Of a DNA stretch of 40,034 nucleotides, positions 9,365 to 17,956 are shown piece by piece. Under the pieces are notes generated by a model. The model worked only from the letters and a program-made list of their open reading frames with translations. It had not been told where the DNA came from and ran no database searches. Source of the stretch: Clostridia bacterium (GTDB lineage: Bacteria; Bacillota; Clostridia; Oscillospirales; Acutalibacteraceae); assembly GCA_017622415.1 (NCBI GenBank), contig JAGARD010000133.1, forward strand, positions 1 to 40,034, given 5' to 3'. The first letter of the stretch is position 1, and every line of letters starts with the position of its first letter. The translations under genes were made by a program, and so were the position numbers.

Positions 9365-11179
9365 TCAGTTAATTTTATATTTAATTTCGTACTCGTTATA
9401 GCGTTCGCTGAAGTCTGCATTTGTATCTGATTTAACTGCTCTTAAATACTTATGTGTATCGAAGCTGTTATGTGCAACCTCTATCATAGCAACCGCTACG
9501 TTGGAGCAATGGTCAGAAACGCGTTCAAAGTTGTTAAGCAGGTCGGAAAGCACAAAGCCAAGCTCGATTGTGCAGTCGCCCTTTTGAAGTCTTGCAATAT
9601 GATTTGCCTTAATTTGTGCGGCAATACGGTCAACAACCTGCTCTAAAGGCTCAATATCCTTAGCAAGCTCCAGATTGTTTTCCTCAAATGCGGTAACGGT
9701 AAGGGTAATAATTTCTTCAAGTGCAGAGGAAAGCACCTTAAGCTCCTCTCTTGCCTGTTCGCTGAAGGAAATGCCCTTATCTGCAATCTCCTTGGCTACT
9801 CCCAAAAGGTTAACCGCGTGGTCGCCTATACGCTCAAAATCGCCAATGGTATGAAGTAGCTTAGAAGCCTCTCGGCTATCTGATGTCGAAAGCTCCTTGC
9901 CCGAAATTCTAACAAGGAATGAGCCAAGCTTATCCTCATATTTATCAAGCATTTTTTCATCAATACGAACCTGCTCGGCAAGTTTTTCGTCAAAGCCTTT
10001 ACCGTCCTCGGCCTTGCGGGCAAGATTGGTTGCATTAATAAAGGTATCTCTTGCAATTTTTGCCATTTTTACGGTGTAGTTATCACATTCAGCAAGAGCA
10101 AAGGTTGGGGTGTTGAGAAGACGCTCGTCGATAAAGGATTTCTTTTCCTCTTCCTTTGCATCGGGAATGAATTTTCTTGCAAGGTATACCAAGAGGTTGG
10201 TAAAGGGAAGAAGTAAAAGTGTTGTAAATAGGTTGAATATGGTGTGGCAAAGGGCAATTCCCTGAGCGTTTGCAGAAACACTTAAAAATTCCTTAACGGG
10301 AGCTACAAATAAATAAATAGGATAGTAAATAAGCAGAACAATAAACGTACCAATAATGTTAAACAGTATATGTACTACCGCAACGCGTTTTGCGTTTTTT
10401 GTAACGCCGATACTAGAGATAAGTGCGGTAACGCAGGTACCAATATTTTGACCCATAACAATTGGAAGAGTCATATTGTAGGTAATGGCTCCTGTTTCTA
10501 TTGCAAGGGTTTGTAAAACACCAACGCTTGCTGCCGAGCTTTGAATAACACCTGTGAAGATTGCACCAACAGCAACACCTATAAGGGGATTGTTGAATAT
10601 ATCAACAAAGGCTTTAAAGGCTTCAATATTTTCGTCAGCGGCAAGAGGCTTAACGGCATCTCCCATAAGCTCCATACCAAACATTAAAATCGCAAAGCCT
10701 ACCATAATGGTACCAATATCCTTTTTGCGTTCACTCTTAGCCATCATTATTAAAATAATACCAATAAGAGCAACTATAGGGGAGAAGTTATCGGGCTTTA
10801 AAAGGGATATAAGGAAATTTCCAATACCGCCGCCTTCACCGCTTTCAATTCCCGCAAGGGACAAAATCCAAGCGGTAAGGGTTGTACCAATGTTGGAACC
10901 GAATATAACACCAACTGTTTGTTCAAGTGCCATAATGCCTGAGTTTACAAGGCCAACCAGCATAACGGTAAGGGCGGAGGAGGACTGCATTGCAATGGTA
11001 ATACCAGCACCAAGACCCATACTGCCCAGCTTGTTAGATGTCATTTTTTTAAGTGTTTTTTCCAGTTTACCACCTGCAAGCTTTTCCAAACCGTCGGACA
11101 TGGCATTCATTCCGTAAAGGAAGAAAGCAAGACCGCCCAAAAGGGTGAAAACAGGAAAAAGAACTGCTGCTAAATCCAT
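9365..11179 (-). CDS. Na/Pi cotransporter family protein with C-terminal PhoU-like domain
   Basis: Two NaPi-II repeats (GSNIGTTLTAW and GQNIGTCVTAL) and two PhoU-like repeats (FERIGDHAVN and FERVSDHCSN). Start set at 11179 (MDLAAV) with AAGGAG 9 nt upstream. A promoter at 11238..11266 lies inside the longer ORF-track version. Confidence 0.88.
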   Translation of the reverse strand: MDLAAVLFPVFTLLGGLAFFLYGMNAMSDGLEKLAGGKLEKTLKKMTSNKLGSMGLGAGITIAMQSSSALTVMLVGLVNSGIMALEQTVGVIFGSNIGTTLTAWILSLAGIESGEGGGIGNFLISLLKPDNFSPIVALIGIILIMMAKSERKKDIGTIMVGFAILMFGMELMGDAVKPLAADENIEAFKAFVDIFNNPLIGVAVGAIFTGVIQSSAASVGVLQTLAIETGAITYNMTLPIVMGQNIGTCVTALISSIGVTKNAKRVAVVHILFNIIGTFIVLLIYYPIYLFVAPVKEFLSVSANAQGIALCHTIFNLFTTLLLLPFTNLLVYLARKFIPDAKEEEKKSFIDERLLNTPTFALAECDNYTVKMAKIARDTFINATNLARKAEDGKGFDEKLAEQVRIDEKMLDKYEDKLGSFLVRISGKELSTSDSREASKLLHTIGDFERIGDHAVNLLGVAKEIADKGISFSEQAREELKVLSSALEEIITLTVTAFEENNLELAKDIEPLEQVVDRIAAQIKANHIARLQKGDCTIELGFVLSDLLNNFERVSDHCSNVAVAMIEVAHNSFDTHKYLRAVKSDTNADFSERYNEYEIKYKIN

Positions 11180-11237
11180 ATTTATTTGCTCCTTTTTAAA
11201 AAATGCAATGGGTATGCTCGCAAACAAACCCAAATTA

Positions 11238-11266
11238 ATTATACATAAATTATAATATTTATGCAA
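11238..11266 (-). promoter_or_regulatory. Promoter of the Na/Pi cotransporter gene
   Basis: Minus strand: TTGCAT (11261..11266), 17 nt, TATAAT (11238..11243). Confidence 0.65.
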
Positions 11267-11358
11267 CACTTTTTTGTTAATAGAGGTCGTTTATTATCGA
11301 AATTTTGAATGAATACCATTAAAATTATAAAAAGTTCGTTAAACTTTCGCTTTTTCCG

Positions 11359-11387
11359 TTGCAATACATAAGAAAATATGGTAAAAT
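11359..11387 (+). promoter_or_regulatory. Promoter of the citrate synthase gene
   Basis: TTGCAA (11359..11364), 17 nt, TAAAAT (11382..11387), preceded by TGg (extended -10). Confidence 0.65.
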
Positions 11388-11422
11388 AACAAAAATAGAA
11401 AAAAGCAATCCCTGAAAGGCAG

Positions 11423-12796
11423 ATGATAAATATGGATAGAGCGCTTTTTAATGTTACTCCTAAAATGCAAGAGCTTGCCGAGCTTTGTATATCACGAAGT
11501 GTAATTCCGGCTGAGCTTTATACAGAATACAAGGTTAACCGAGGCTTAAGAGACCAAAACGGAAACGGTGTTATCACAGGTCTTACTGAAATTAGTGAGG
11601 TTAACTCCTTTAAAATGATTGACGGTGTAAAAACTCCTATTGAGGGTGAGCTTTTTTACCGTGGCGTGCACATTCGCGACCTTACAAACGGTTTTATGAA
11701 CGAAAAGCGTTTTGGTTTTGAGGAAACCATTTACTTGTTGCTTTTCGGTAAACTGCCAACTTCTGAACAGCTGAGTGAATTTAACGAGCTTTTAGCGGCA
11801 AATCGTACCCTCCCCACAAATTTTGTTCGTGACGTTGTTCTTAAGGCTCCCAGTGCAGATATGATGAATTCACTGGCAAGAAGTGTTCTTACCCTTTATA
11901 GCTATGATCATCACTCAAATGAGAACGATGTTCCCAATGTGCTTCGTCAAAGTCTACAGCTTATTGCACTTTTCCCACTTCTTTCGGTTTACGGTTATCA
12001 GGCATACAATCATTATATTTTAAATAACAGCCTTATTATTCACAACCCCGACCCCAACCTAAGCACGGCTGAAAACATTTTGCATATGCTCCGTCCTGAC
12101 AGTAAGTATACCGAGGCAGAGGCTAGAATTTTAGACCTCGCATTGGTGCTTCATGCCGAGCACGGCGGCGGTAATAATTCCACCTTTACCACACACGTTG
12201 TAACCAGCTCGGGCACCGATACCTACTCTGCAATGGCGGCGGCACTCAGCAGTCTTAAGGGACCCCGTCACGGCGGTGCAAACATTAAGGTTGTTCAAAT
12301 GTTCAGCGATATGAAAAAAACCCTTAAAAATTGGGAAGATGAGGATGAAATTGCCGACTATTTAAGAAAACTGCTCCATAAAGAGGCTTTTGATAAGTCG
12401 GGTCTGATTTACGGTATGGGTCACGCAATTTATACACTAAGCGACCCCAGAGCTAAAATATTCAAAGACTTTGTTGGTATTCTTTCGGCTGAAAAGAACC
12501 GCGAAAAGGAATATAATCTTTATAAGGCGGTAGAAAGAATTGCACCTCGCGTTATCGGTGAGGAACGCAAAATTTACAAGGGCGTTAGTGCTAATATAGA
12601 TTTTTACAGTGGCTTTGTTTATGATATGCTAGACCTCCCCTTAGAGCTCTACACACCCATTTTTGCTATAAGCCGTATTGCGGGATGGAGTGCACACCGC
12701 ATTGAAGAGATTATAAATATGGGTAAAATAATCCGTCCGGCTTATATAAGCGTTTCTCCGCAGGTTGAATATACTCCTCTTAATGAGAGAAAATAA
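11423..12796 (+). CDS. Citrate synthase
   Basis: 457 aa with the catalytic contexts HAEHGGGNNSTF, GPRHGGAN and GMGHAIYTLSDPR. An alternative start at 11432 is possible. Confidence 0.9.
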   Translation: MINMDRALFNVTPKMQELAELCISRSVIPAELYTEYKVNRGLRDQNGNGVITGLTEISEVNSFKMIDGVKTPIEGELFYRGVHIRDLTNGFMNEKRFGFEETIYLLLFGKLPTSEQLSEFNELLAANRTLPTNFVRDVVLKAPSADMMNSLARSVLTLYSYDHHSNENDVPNVLRQSLQLIALFPLLSVYGYQAYNHYILNNSLIIHNPDPNLSTAENILHMLRPDSKYTEAEARILDLALVLHAEHGGGNNSTFTTHVVTSSGTDTYSAMAAALSSLKGPRHGGANIKVVQMFSDMKKTLKNWEDEDEIADYLRKLLHKEAFDKSGLIYGMGHAIYTLSDPRAKIFKDFVGILSAEKNREKEYNLYKAVERIAPRVIGEERKIYKGVSANIDFYSGFVYDMLDLPLELYTPIFAISRIAGWSAHRIEEIINMGKIIRPAYISVSPQVEYTPLNERK

Positions 12797-12804
12797 TAAA
12801 AATA

Positions 12805-12846
12805 AAAAATAATCCGACCGCAGGCAGCAGCTTTCGGATTATTTTT
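12805..12846 (+). terminator. Intrinsic terminator after citrate synthase
   Basis: AAAAATAATCCGA (12805..12817) pairs with TCGGATTATTTTT (12834..12846), ending in a T-run. Confidence 0.7.
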
Positions 12847-12864
12847 GTAAAAGGAGATTTATAA

Positions 12865-13581
12865 ATGTCACTTAGTATACCTACTCCGCATATTAATGCA
12901 AAGGCGGGCGATTTTGCAAAGACTGTTTTAATGCCAGGCGACCCTTTAAGGGCAAAATATATAGCAGAAACCTATCTTGATGACCTAAAGCAGGTAAATT
13001 CGGTGCGTAATGTGCTTGGCTTTACCGGAAATTATAAGGGCACACCCGTTTCGGTAATGGCAAGCGGAATGGGTATGCCGTCAATAAGTATTTACTCCTA
13101 TGAGCTTTTTGAGGGCTATGGGGTAGAAAATATTATTCGTGTAGGTACTGCGGGCGGTTTAAATAAAGACCTTAATATCGGTGATGTTGTGGTTGGTATG
13201 GGAGCTTGCACCAATTCAGCAATTATAAAGGAAAGCGGATTTAAAGGCTTTGCCCCCATTGCCGATTACGAATTGTTAAATACCCTTTGCGAGATTGCAA
13301 AAAAACGAGGAGTAAAATTCAGTGTAGGCAATTTATTCTCCACCGATATTTTTTACGGTGACCCGAATTTCGCAGAAAAATGGTCATCTGTAGGTGTACT
13401 TGCGGTGGAAATGGAGGCGGCGGCACTTTATCTTAATGCGGCAAAGCTAGGTAAAAAAGCTCTTGCAATTTGCACCGTTTCGGATAACCTTGTAACGGGT
13501 GAAGCCTCTACCGCCGAGCAAAGGCAAACCTCCTTTAATGAAATGATGATTTTAGCTTTAGAGACGGCTAAAAAGCTTTAA
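12865..13581 (+). CDS. deoD: Purine nucleoside phosphorylase, DeoD type
   Basis: 238 aa with GDPLRAKYIAE, GMGMPSISIY, RVGTAGG and EMEAAALY. AAGGAG lies upstream. Confidence 0.92.
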   Translation: MSLSIPTPHINAKAGDFAKTVLMPGDPLRAKYIAETYLDDLKQVNSVRNVLGFTGNYKGTPVSVMASGMGMPSISIYSYELFEGYGVENIIRVGTAGGLNKDLNIGDVVVGMGACTNSAIIKESGFKGFAPIADYELLNTLCEIAKKRGVKFSVGNLFSTDIFYGDPNFAEKWSSVGVLAVEMEAAALYLNAAKLGKKALAICTVSDNLVTGEASTAEQRQTSFNEMMILALETAKKL

Positions 13582-13650
13582 AATGTAAGATGCTATAAAA
13601 AGCTTAAGCCATCTAGAAAATTTATAAAATAAGGTAAATACATTTAAAAG

Positions 13651-13694
13651 AAATGCGGAAGAAGTTTTAATTTTCACTTCTTCCGCATTTTTTA
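13651..13694. terminator. Bidirectional terminator between deoD and rarA
   Basis: AAATGCGGAAGAAGT (13651..13665) pairs with ACTTCTTCCGCATTT (13676..13690), a 15-bp perfect stem flanked by A and T runs. Confidence 0.8.
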
Positions 13695-14969
13695 TGTTTT
13701 TTTAATTTCATCCCAATATTTTTTGTAGCTTTGCTCGTTTTTGTTAGGACCGTACTCATAATATGTGCGGTCCTTTATTTCGTCGGGTAAATATTGCTGA
13801 GGCACATAATGATTTGAAAATAGGTGCGGATATTTATAAAACTGTCCCTTAACGGCGGCATCCTCACCGTCAAAATGCTTGTTTTGAAGCTGGCGGGGGA
13901 CCGATACAGCCACTCCTTTTTCCACGTCTGCCATTGCGGCGGCAATTGCATCGTGTCCCGAATTGGATTTGGGACTAATGCTAACCAAAATAACTGCATC
14001 GGCTAAGGGAAGTCGGGCTTCGGGCAGACCGAGCATAAGTGCCGAATCTACCGCGGCTTTAACAATAGGAATAATGTTGGGATGAGCAAGACCCACATCC
14101 TCGCAGGCAGTAACAAGCAGTCTGCGACAGGCCGATTGTAAATCTCCGGCCGCCAAAAGCCTTGCCAAATAATGAAGTGCGGCATCGGGGTCGCTTCCCC
14201 TCATTGATTTTTGGTAGGCTGAGATAACATCATAATGGTCGTCACCCTCGCGGTCATACCGCATACCGCTCTGCTCGGTCAGGGTATCGGAAATTTCATT
14301 ACTGATTGTAATTTTGGTTTTACCACCCGTAAATTCTCTTTCGCCCGTTAAAAAGCAAAGCTCGGTAGAATTAAGGGCTTTTCTAAGGTCGCCACCCGAG
14401 CCGTAGGAGATAATCTTTAAAACATCGTTATCTAAGCAAAGCTCGGCACCATTTTCCTCAGCGAGGATATTAAATGCACGGGATATAAAAATTTCAATAT
14501 CCTTAGGCTCAAGGGATTTAAATTCAAAGACGGTGGAGCGGCTGAGAATTGCGTTATAAACATAAAAATATGGGTTTTCGGTGGTGGAGGCGATAAGCGT
14601 AATATCGCCATTTTCTATGTATTCCAGCAGAGTTTGCTGTTGTTTTTTATTGAAATATTGTATTTCATCCAAATAAAGCAAAATGCCGTTTTGATTTTCC
14701 AAATCGCTTCGGCTTGCAATAATTTCCTTTAAATCGGAGGTTGAAGCGGTAGTTGCGTTAAGACGGTAAAGGGTTTTACCGCTTTTTTTAGCAATGATGT
14801 TTGCTACGGTGGTTTTACCAACACCCGACGGTCCATAGAATATTAAATTGGGGATTTCACCGCTTTCAATAATGCGACGCAGGATTTTGCCTTCATCCAG
14901 CAGATGGTGTTGACCAACAACATTTTCAATATCGGTTGGGCGAACACGGTCGGCAAGGGGCGTTTTCAT
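13692..14969 (-). CDS. rarA: Replication-associated recombination protein A (MgsA/RarA AAA+ ATPase)
   Basis: Walker A GPSGVGKTT, Walker B LLYLDEIQ, sensor region GDLRKALN, and the MgsA C-terminal domain YQKSMRGSDPDAALHYLARLL. Confidence 0.92.
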   Translation of the reverse strand: MKTPLADRVRPTDIENVVGQHHLLDEGKILRRIIESGEIPNLIFYGPSGVGKTTVANIIAKKSGKTLYRLNATTASTSDLKEIIASRSDLENQNGILLYLDEIQYFNKKQQQTLLEYIENGDITLIASTTENPYFYVYNAILSRSTVFEFKSLEPKDIEIFISRAFNILAEENGAELCLDNDVLKIISYGSGGDLRKALNSTELCFLTGEREFTGGKTKITISNEISDTLTEQSGMRYDREGDDHYDVISAYQKSMRGSDPDAALHYLARLLAAGDLQSACRRLLVTACEDVGLAHPNIIPIVKAAVDSALMLGLPEARLPLADAVILVSISPKSNSGHDAIAAAMADVEKGVAVSVPRQLQNKHFDGEDAAVKGQFYKYPHLFSNHYVPQQYLPDEIKDRTYYEYGPNKNEQSYKKYWDEIKKT

Positions 14970-14999
14970 TTGCCTACCTCCTTTTTGTTGATTACAGTT

Positions 15000-15028
15000 A
15001 TTATAACAGAAAAGTATTGTAAAATCAA
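15000..15028 (-). promoter_or_regulatory. rarA promoter
   Basis: Minus strand: TTGATT (15023..15028), 17 nt, TATAAT (15000..15005). Confidence 0.6.
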
Positions 15029-15051
15029 CGGTTGTATTAACAACTTAAGAT

Positions 15052-15093
15052 AAAAACAGTGAGCCTTTAAAACGAAGGCTCACTGTTTTTTTT
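15052..15093. terminator. Terminator closing the R-M operon (left edge of the AT-rich island)
   Basis: AAAAACAGTGAGCCTT (15052..15067) pairs with AAGGCTCACTGTTTTT (15075..15090), with T-runs on both strands. Confidence 0.8.
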
Positions 15094-15838
15094 ACTTTTT
15101 AAATACAAATAAATACTCGTGTGCAATAAGTAAGAAATTATATTTTATGCTATTGGTTTTCCAATATCCTGTTGCTTTGCAGTTGTGTTGCTCTTTGATA
15201 ATCAATTCTTTGAGTTTAAATCCGACTTCTTCAAAAATACGCATAACATCGAATGACATAGGTATCATGTGACCTTTTTGTCTAGTATCACCCATAAGAA
15301 CCGCACAGAACTTGTCTTTTTTCAGGACACGATAGCTTTCTGCTGCCACCTTTTTCATTTCCTCAAGAAAATCTTTGACCTTTAACAAAGACAGATCTTC
15401 TGGAATATCCTCACTGTACTTAATAATATCAGCATAGGGTGGATGAGTACAAATTAAATCAATGCTTTCATTGGGAACAAAGTCAAGCTTTCGGGCATCA
15501 CCTTTGTGCAAATATACTTTTCCATTTGCACCTTCGTGTTCAAATGCGGTTTTCTCTTTGCAACGAGCAAGAGCCACATCATTCACATCTACACCGATAA
15601 TATTCCGATTAAGCAACTTGGCCTCTACAAGAGTAGTGCCGCCACCTGCAAACTGATCGAGAAGCAAATCATTTTCTTTTGAATATCGGAGCAGAATGTT
15701 TCGGGGGATATATGGTGACCAATTCCCCCGCCACTTTGCATCGTGGGTTGCCCAATCACCACGTTTAGGGAAGGACCAATGGGTAGTCATTTCAAGTTCA
15801 AAATCATCAGGCTCCCATTTTGTTATTTTCTTTGCCAT
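15092..15838 (-). CDS. Second DNA amino-methyltransferase of the R-M operon (M2), atypical architecture
   Basis: 248 aa. The SAM-binding motif LLDQFAGGGTTLVEA (about aa 60) comes before the catalytic tetrapeptide HPPY (about aa 133). Its start shares TAATG with the stop of the endonuclease gene. Confidence 0.75.
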   Translation of the reverse strand: MAKKITKWEPDDFELEMTTHWSFPKRGDWATHDAKWRGNWSPYIPRNILLRYSKENDLLLDQFAGGGTTLVEAKLLNRNIIGVDVNDVALARCKEKTAFEHEGANGKVYLHKGDARKLDFVPNESIDLICTHPPYADIIKYSEDIPEDLSLLKVKDFLEEMKKVAAESYRVLKKDKFCAVLMGDTRQKGHMIPMSFDVMRIFEEVGFKLKELIIKEQHNCKATGYWKTNSIKYNFLLIAHEYLFVFKK

Positions 15839-16716
15839 TATTTGAAAACCTCGCTAATTATACCATTTTCCAAATCCCTGATATTATAAATGTGTTGCAT
15901 AACATCAAATGTTTCTTCGAGGTTATTTTTTGCGCTTGTCCAACCTTTTCCATCGGTAAACCAAACAAATGTGAAGCCGTCTATTTCTTCGGTCTCCCGA
16001 GCAAGCGTCTTATAGCTACGTGCCGTTTCGTTTAATTTGCTTCCGCCACTGCCATAGAAATTAGTTTCGATACCATAAATCATATCCGGCGTTTTGATTA
16101 CAAAATCGAAACGCTTTTCCATTTTTCCTTTATTTGAAATAGCAGATAAATCTATATTCCACTTATCAGTTATCTGATGAATATACATTTCTTTGAAATA
16201 GTTGACATCTTTAATAAATCCTGATTTTTGAATAAAGCTCTCAACTAAATCTTCCATAAGGTGACCGCCACGATTTTTTCGACCGTTGGAATCAAGACCT
16301 GTTTCAACGCCCGTTGCATAGTCTACCAAATTATTCACGATATGATTTTCCAGCAAATCAAACAATCCGGTTTCTCTCATAAAATATTTGTATCTCTCAT
16401 AATAAGCGTGACTATTTGGCGGATACTTTCCAAAATCGAATTGGAATAAATGACCGCCATTTTCATCCTGACAGTAGATTTCATTCGCTCTAACCGCTAA
16501 AAGCAGAGGAATACATTTCAGCACCTCAGGATACTTTTTTAATAAATTCTCAAAATCAGTTTCGATATTTTTAGAGCCAATGAGAGAATTTAAGATATTA
16601 AGTTCAACCTTGATGCTATTCACATTTCTGTGAACTTTTTCGAAGTCTATGTAATAGCCATAGTCGGCAATACTATCACGAAAACCAGATAACCACGTAT
16701 TAAAATCTCTATTCAT
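15838..16716 (-). CDS. Type II restriction endonuclease, DpnII/MboI family (predicted GATC)
   Basis: 292 aa, colinear with S. pneumoniae DpnII (DpnB) as I recall it: N-terminal WLS...DF.KV..NV.SIKVELNILNSLIGSKNI, central NLVDYATGVETGLDSNGRKNRGG, C-terminal KRFDFVIK...GSKLNETARSYK. AAGGAG lies upstream. Confidence 0.85.
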   Translation of the reverse strand: MNRDFNTWLSGFRDSIADYGYYIDFEKVHRNVNSIKVELNILNSLIGSKNIETDFENLLKKYPEVLKCIPLLLAVRANEIYCQDENGGHLFQFDFGKYPPNSHAYYERYKYFMRETGLFDLLENHIVNNLVDYATGVETGLDSNGRKNRGGHLMEDLVESFIQKSGFIKDVNYFKEMYIHQITDKWNIDLSAISNKGKMEKRFDFVIKTPDMIYGIETNFYGSGGSKLNETARSYKTLARETEEIDGFTFVWFTDGKGWTSAKNNLEETFDVMQHIYNIRDLENGIISEVFK

Positions 16717-16727
16717 ATATATTCTCC

Positions 16728-17801
16728 TTAAAAATTGCTGATTAGCAGTTCTTTTATCTTTCCTCTTGCTTCGCTATTACAGTTAATCATTCGAGTTGCT
16801 TCAACACGTTTGATTTTATGTGCAGAATAAATATTATCAAAGAAATTATCTTCTGTATTTGAGTTTTTTGGATCAGAGTTGCTAATTACAATCTTTGCAC
16901 CTTTTTTGTGAATATCATCAACAAATCGTGCAAGCTTAATTTGCTCTTCGTCGTTAAACAAATTCTCGGTATATGCAGTAAAGCTTGCCGTATCGGTAAT
17001 AGGTCTGTATGGGGGATCAAAATAAACAAAAGTATTCTCGTCAATAAAGTCAGCCGACTCTCTGTAATCTCCACATACAATAGTTACTTTCTGCAATTTT
17101 TCTGATACTGCTCTAAGGTTATTTTCATCGCAAATCATAGGATTTTTGTATGCTCCCATAGGAACATTAAACAAACCTTTTTTATTTACTCTAAACAGAC
17201 CGTTGAAACAAGTTTTATTAAGGAAAATCATCAATGCTGCTTTTTCTATACTGATGCTCTTGTTTCCATTGACCTTTAAATTATTAAATCGCTCACGATT
17301 TTGCATATAATATGCTTTGCGTTCATCTGTGTTAAGCGGAATAAAATCATTTTGCATAACATAAAGCGTTTTTATCAACGCATCAACATCGTCACGAATT
17401 ATACGATAAGTGTTTATAAGTTCAGCATTAATATCGCTAATATATATTTCTTTTAAATTGTATTTGCTGAGTATATCAAATAAAACTGCACCACCGCCAA
17501 CAAACGGCTCTGCATACTTTGTAATATGCTCATCCGCAAAAGGATAATACTGCTCAATTTCTTTAAGAAGCTGACCTTTACCGCCTGCCCATTTCAAAAA
17601 AGGTTTTACGGTCTTTTCATTAGTTTTATTATAACGAAGGCTGCGTGCATCTTCGGGTTTTTTAGCATCTATGGGGATAATCCACATATTTCCAAGAGTT
17701 GCAGCGTTGTTAATACGGTTTTCTTTACACAAGGTTAAAACTCGTCTATGTGAAATATTCCATTTTTCGGCTGCTTCGCTTGCTGTCATATATGCTAACA
17801 T
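16728..17801 (-). CDS. Dam-family N6-adenine DNA methyltransferase (M1) with an N-terminal HTH domain
   Basis: 357 aa. The alpha-class Dam motifs FLKWAGGKGQLL, EPFVGGGAV and DPPY are preceded by about 55 aa of HTH (TASEAAEKWNISHRRVLTLCKENRI...WIIP). GGAGG lies 8 nt upstream of the ATG. Confidence 0.88.
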   Translation of the reverse strand: MLAYMTASEAAEKWNISHRRVLTLCKENRINNAATLGNMWIIPIDAKKPEDARSLRYNKTNEKTVKPFLKWAGGKGQLLKEIEQYYPFADEHITKYAEPFVGGGAVLFDILSKYNLKEIYISDINAELINTYRIIRDDVDALIKTLYVMQNDFIPLNTDERKAYYMQNRERFNNLKVNGNKSISIEKAALMIFLNKTCFNGLFRVNKKGLFNVPMGAYKNPMICDENNLRAVSEKLQKVTIVCGDYRESADFIDENTFVYFDPPYRPITDTASFTAYTENLFNDEEQIKLARFVDDIHKKGAKIVISNSDPKNSNTEDNFFDNIYSAHKIKRVEATRMINCNSEARGKIKELLISNF

Positions 17802-17824
17802 AAAAGCCCCCTCCTTTATGTATG

Positions 17825-17853
17825 ATTATATTCCAAAATTGGAATAAAAGCAA
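17825..17853 (-). promoter_or_regulatory. Promoter directly upstream of M1 with a palindrome in its spacer
   Basis: Minus strand: TTGCTT (17848..17853), 17 nt, TATAAT (17825..17830). The spacer contains TTCCAA-TT-TTGGAA (17831..17844). Confidence 0.6.
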
Positions 17854-17896
17854 TACCGTTTTTGAAAATTTATTATAAAAACAGCAAGGAAGATTT

Positions 17897-17940
17897 TACC
17901 CACATTTTACAAGAAAATACTGTCTTGCAAAATGTGGGTA
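17897..17940. repeat. Inverted repeat with 17-bp arms between the RHH gene and M1
   Basis: TACCCACATTTTACAAG (17897..17913) and CTTGCAAAATGTGGGTA (17924..17940) are complementary at 16 of 17 positions (the mismatch is a G-U pair in minus-strand RNA). The loop is 10 nt and no adjacent U-tract is present. Confidence 0.85.
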
Positions 17941-17956
17941 CTAAATTCATCACTAT

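Noticed and set aside
11180-11269. Long N-terminal extensions offered by the ORF track: the Na/Pi gene to 11269, nadB from 6589, nadC from 7892, metY to 27802, the second permease from 31848 and icd to 3610.
   Set aside because: In each case an internal ATG has a proper SD and matches the family N-terminus. The extension overlaps the upstream gene or, for the Na/Pi gene, contains that gene's own promoter.
15023-15041. Similarity between AGTATTGTAAAATCAACGG (left of the R-M island) and ACTATGTTAAAATAGAATCGG (18211..18231), considered as possible island-flanking direct repeats or att sites.
   Set aside because: The shared part is essentially an extended -10-like TGTAAAAT/TGTTAAAAT motif. The left copy overlaps the -35 hexamer of the rarA promoter on the opposite strand. 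The match is too short and degenerate to call target-site duplication.
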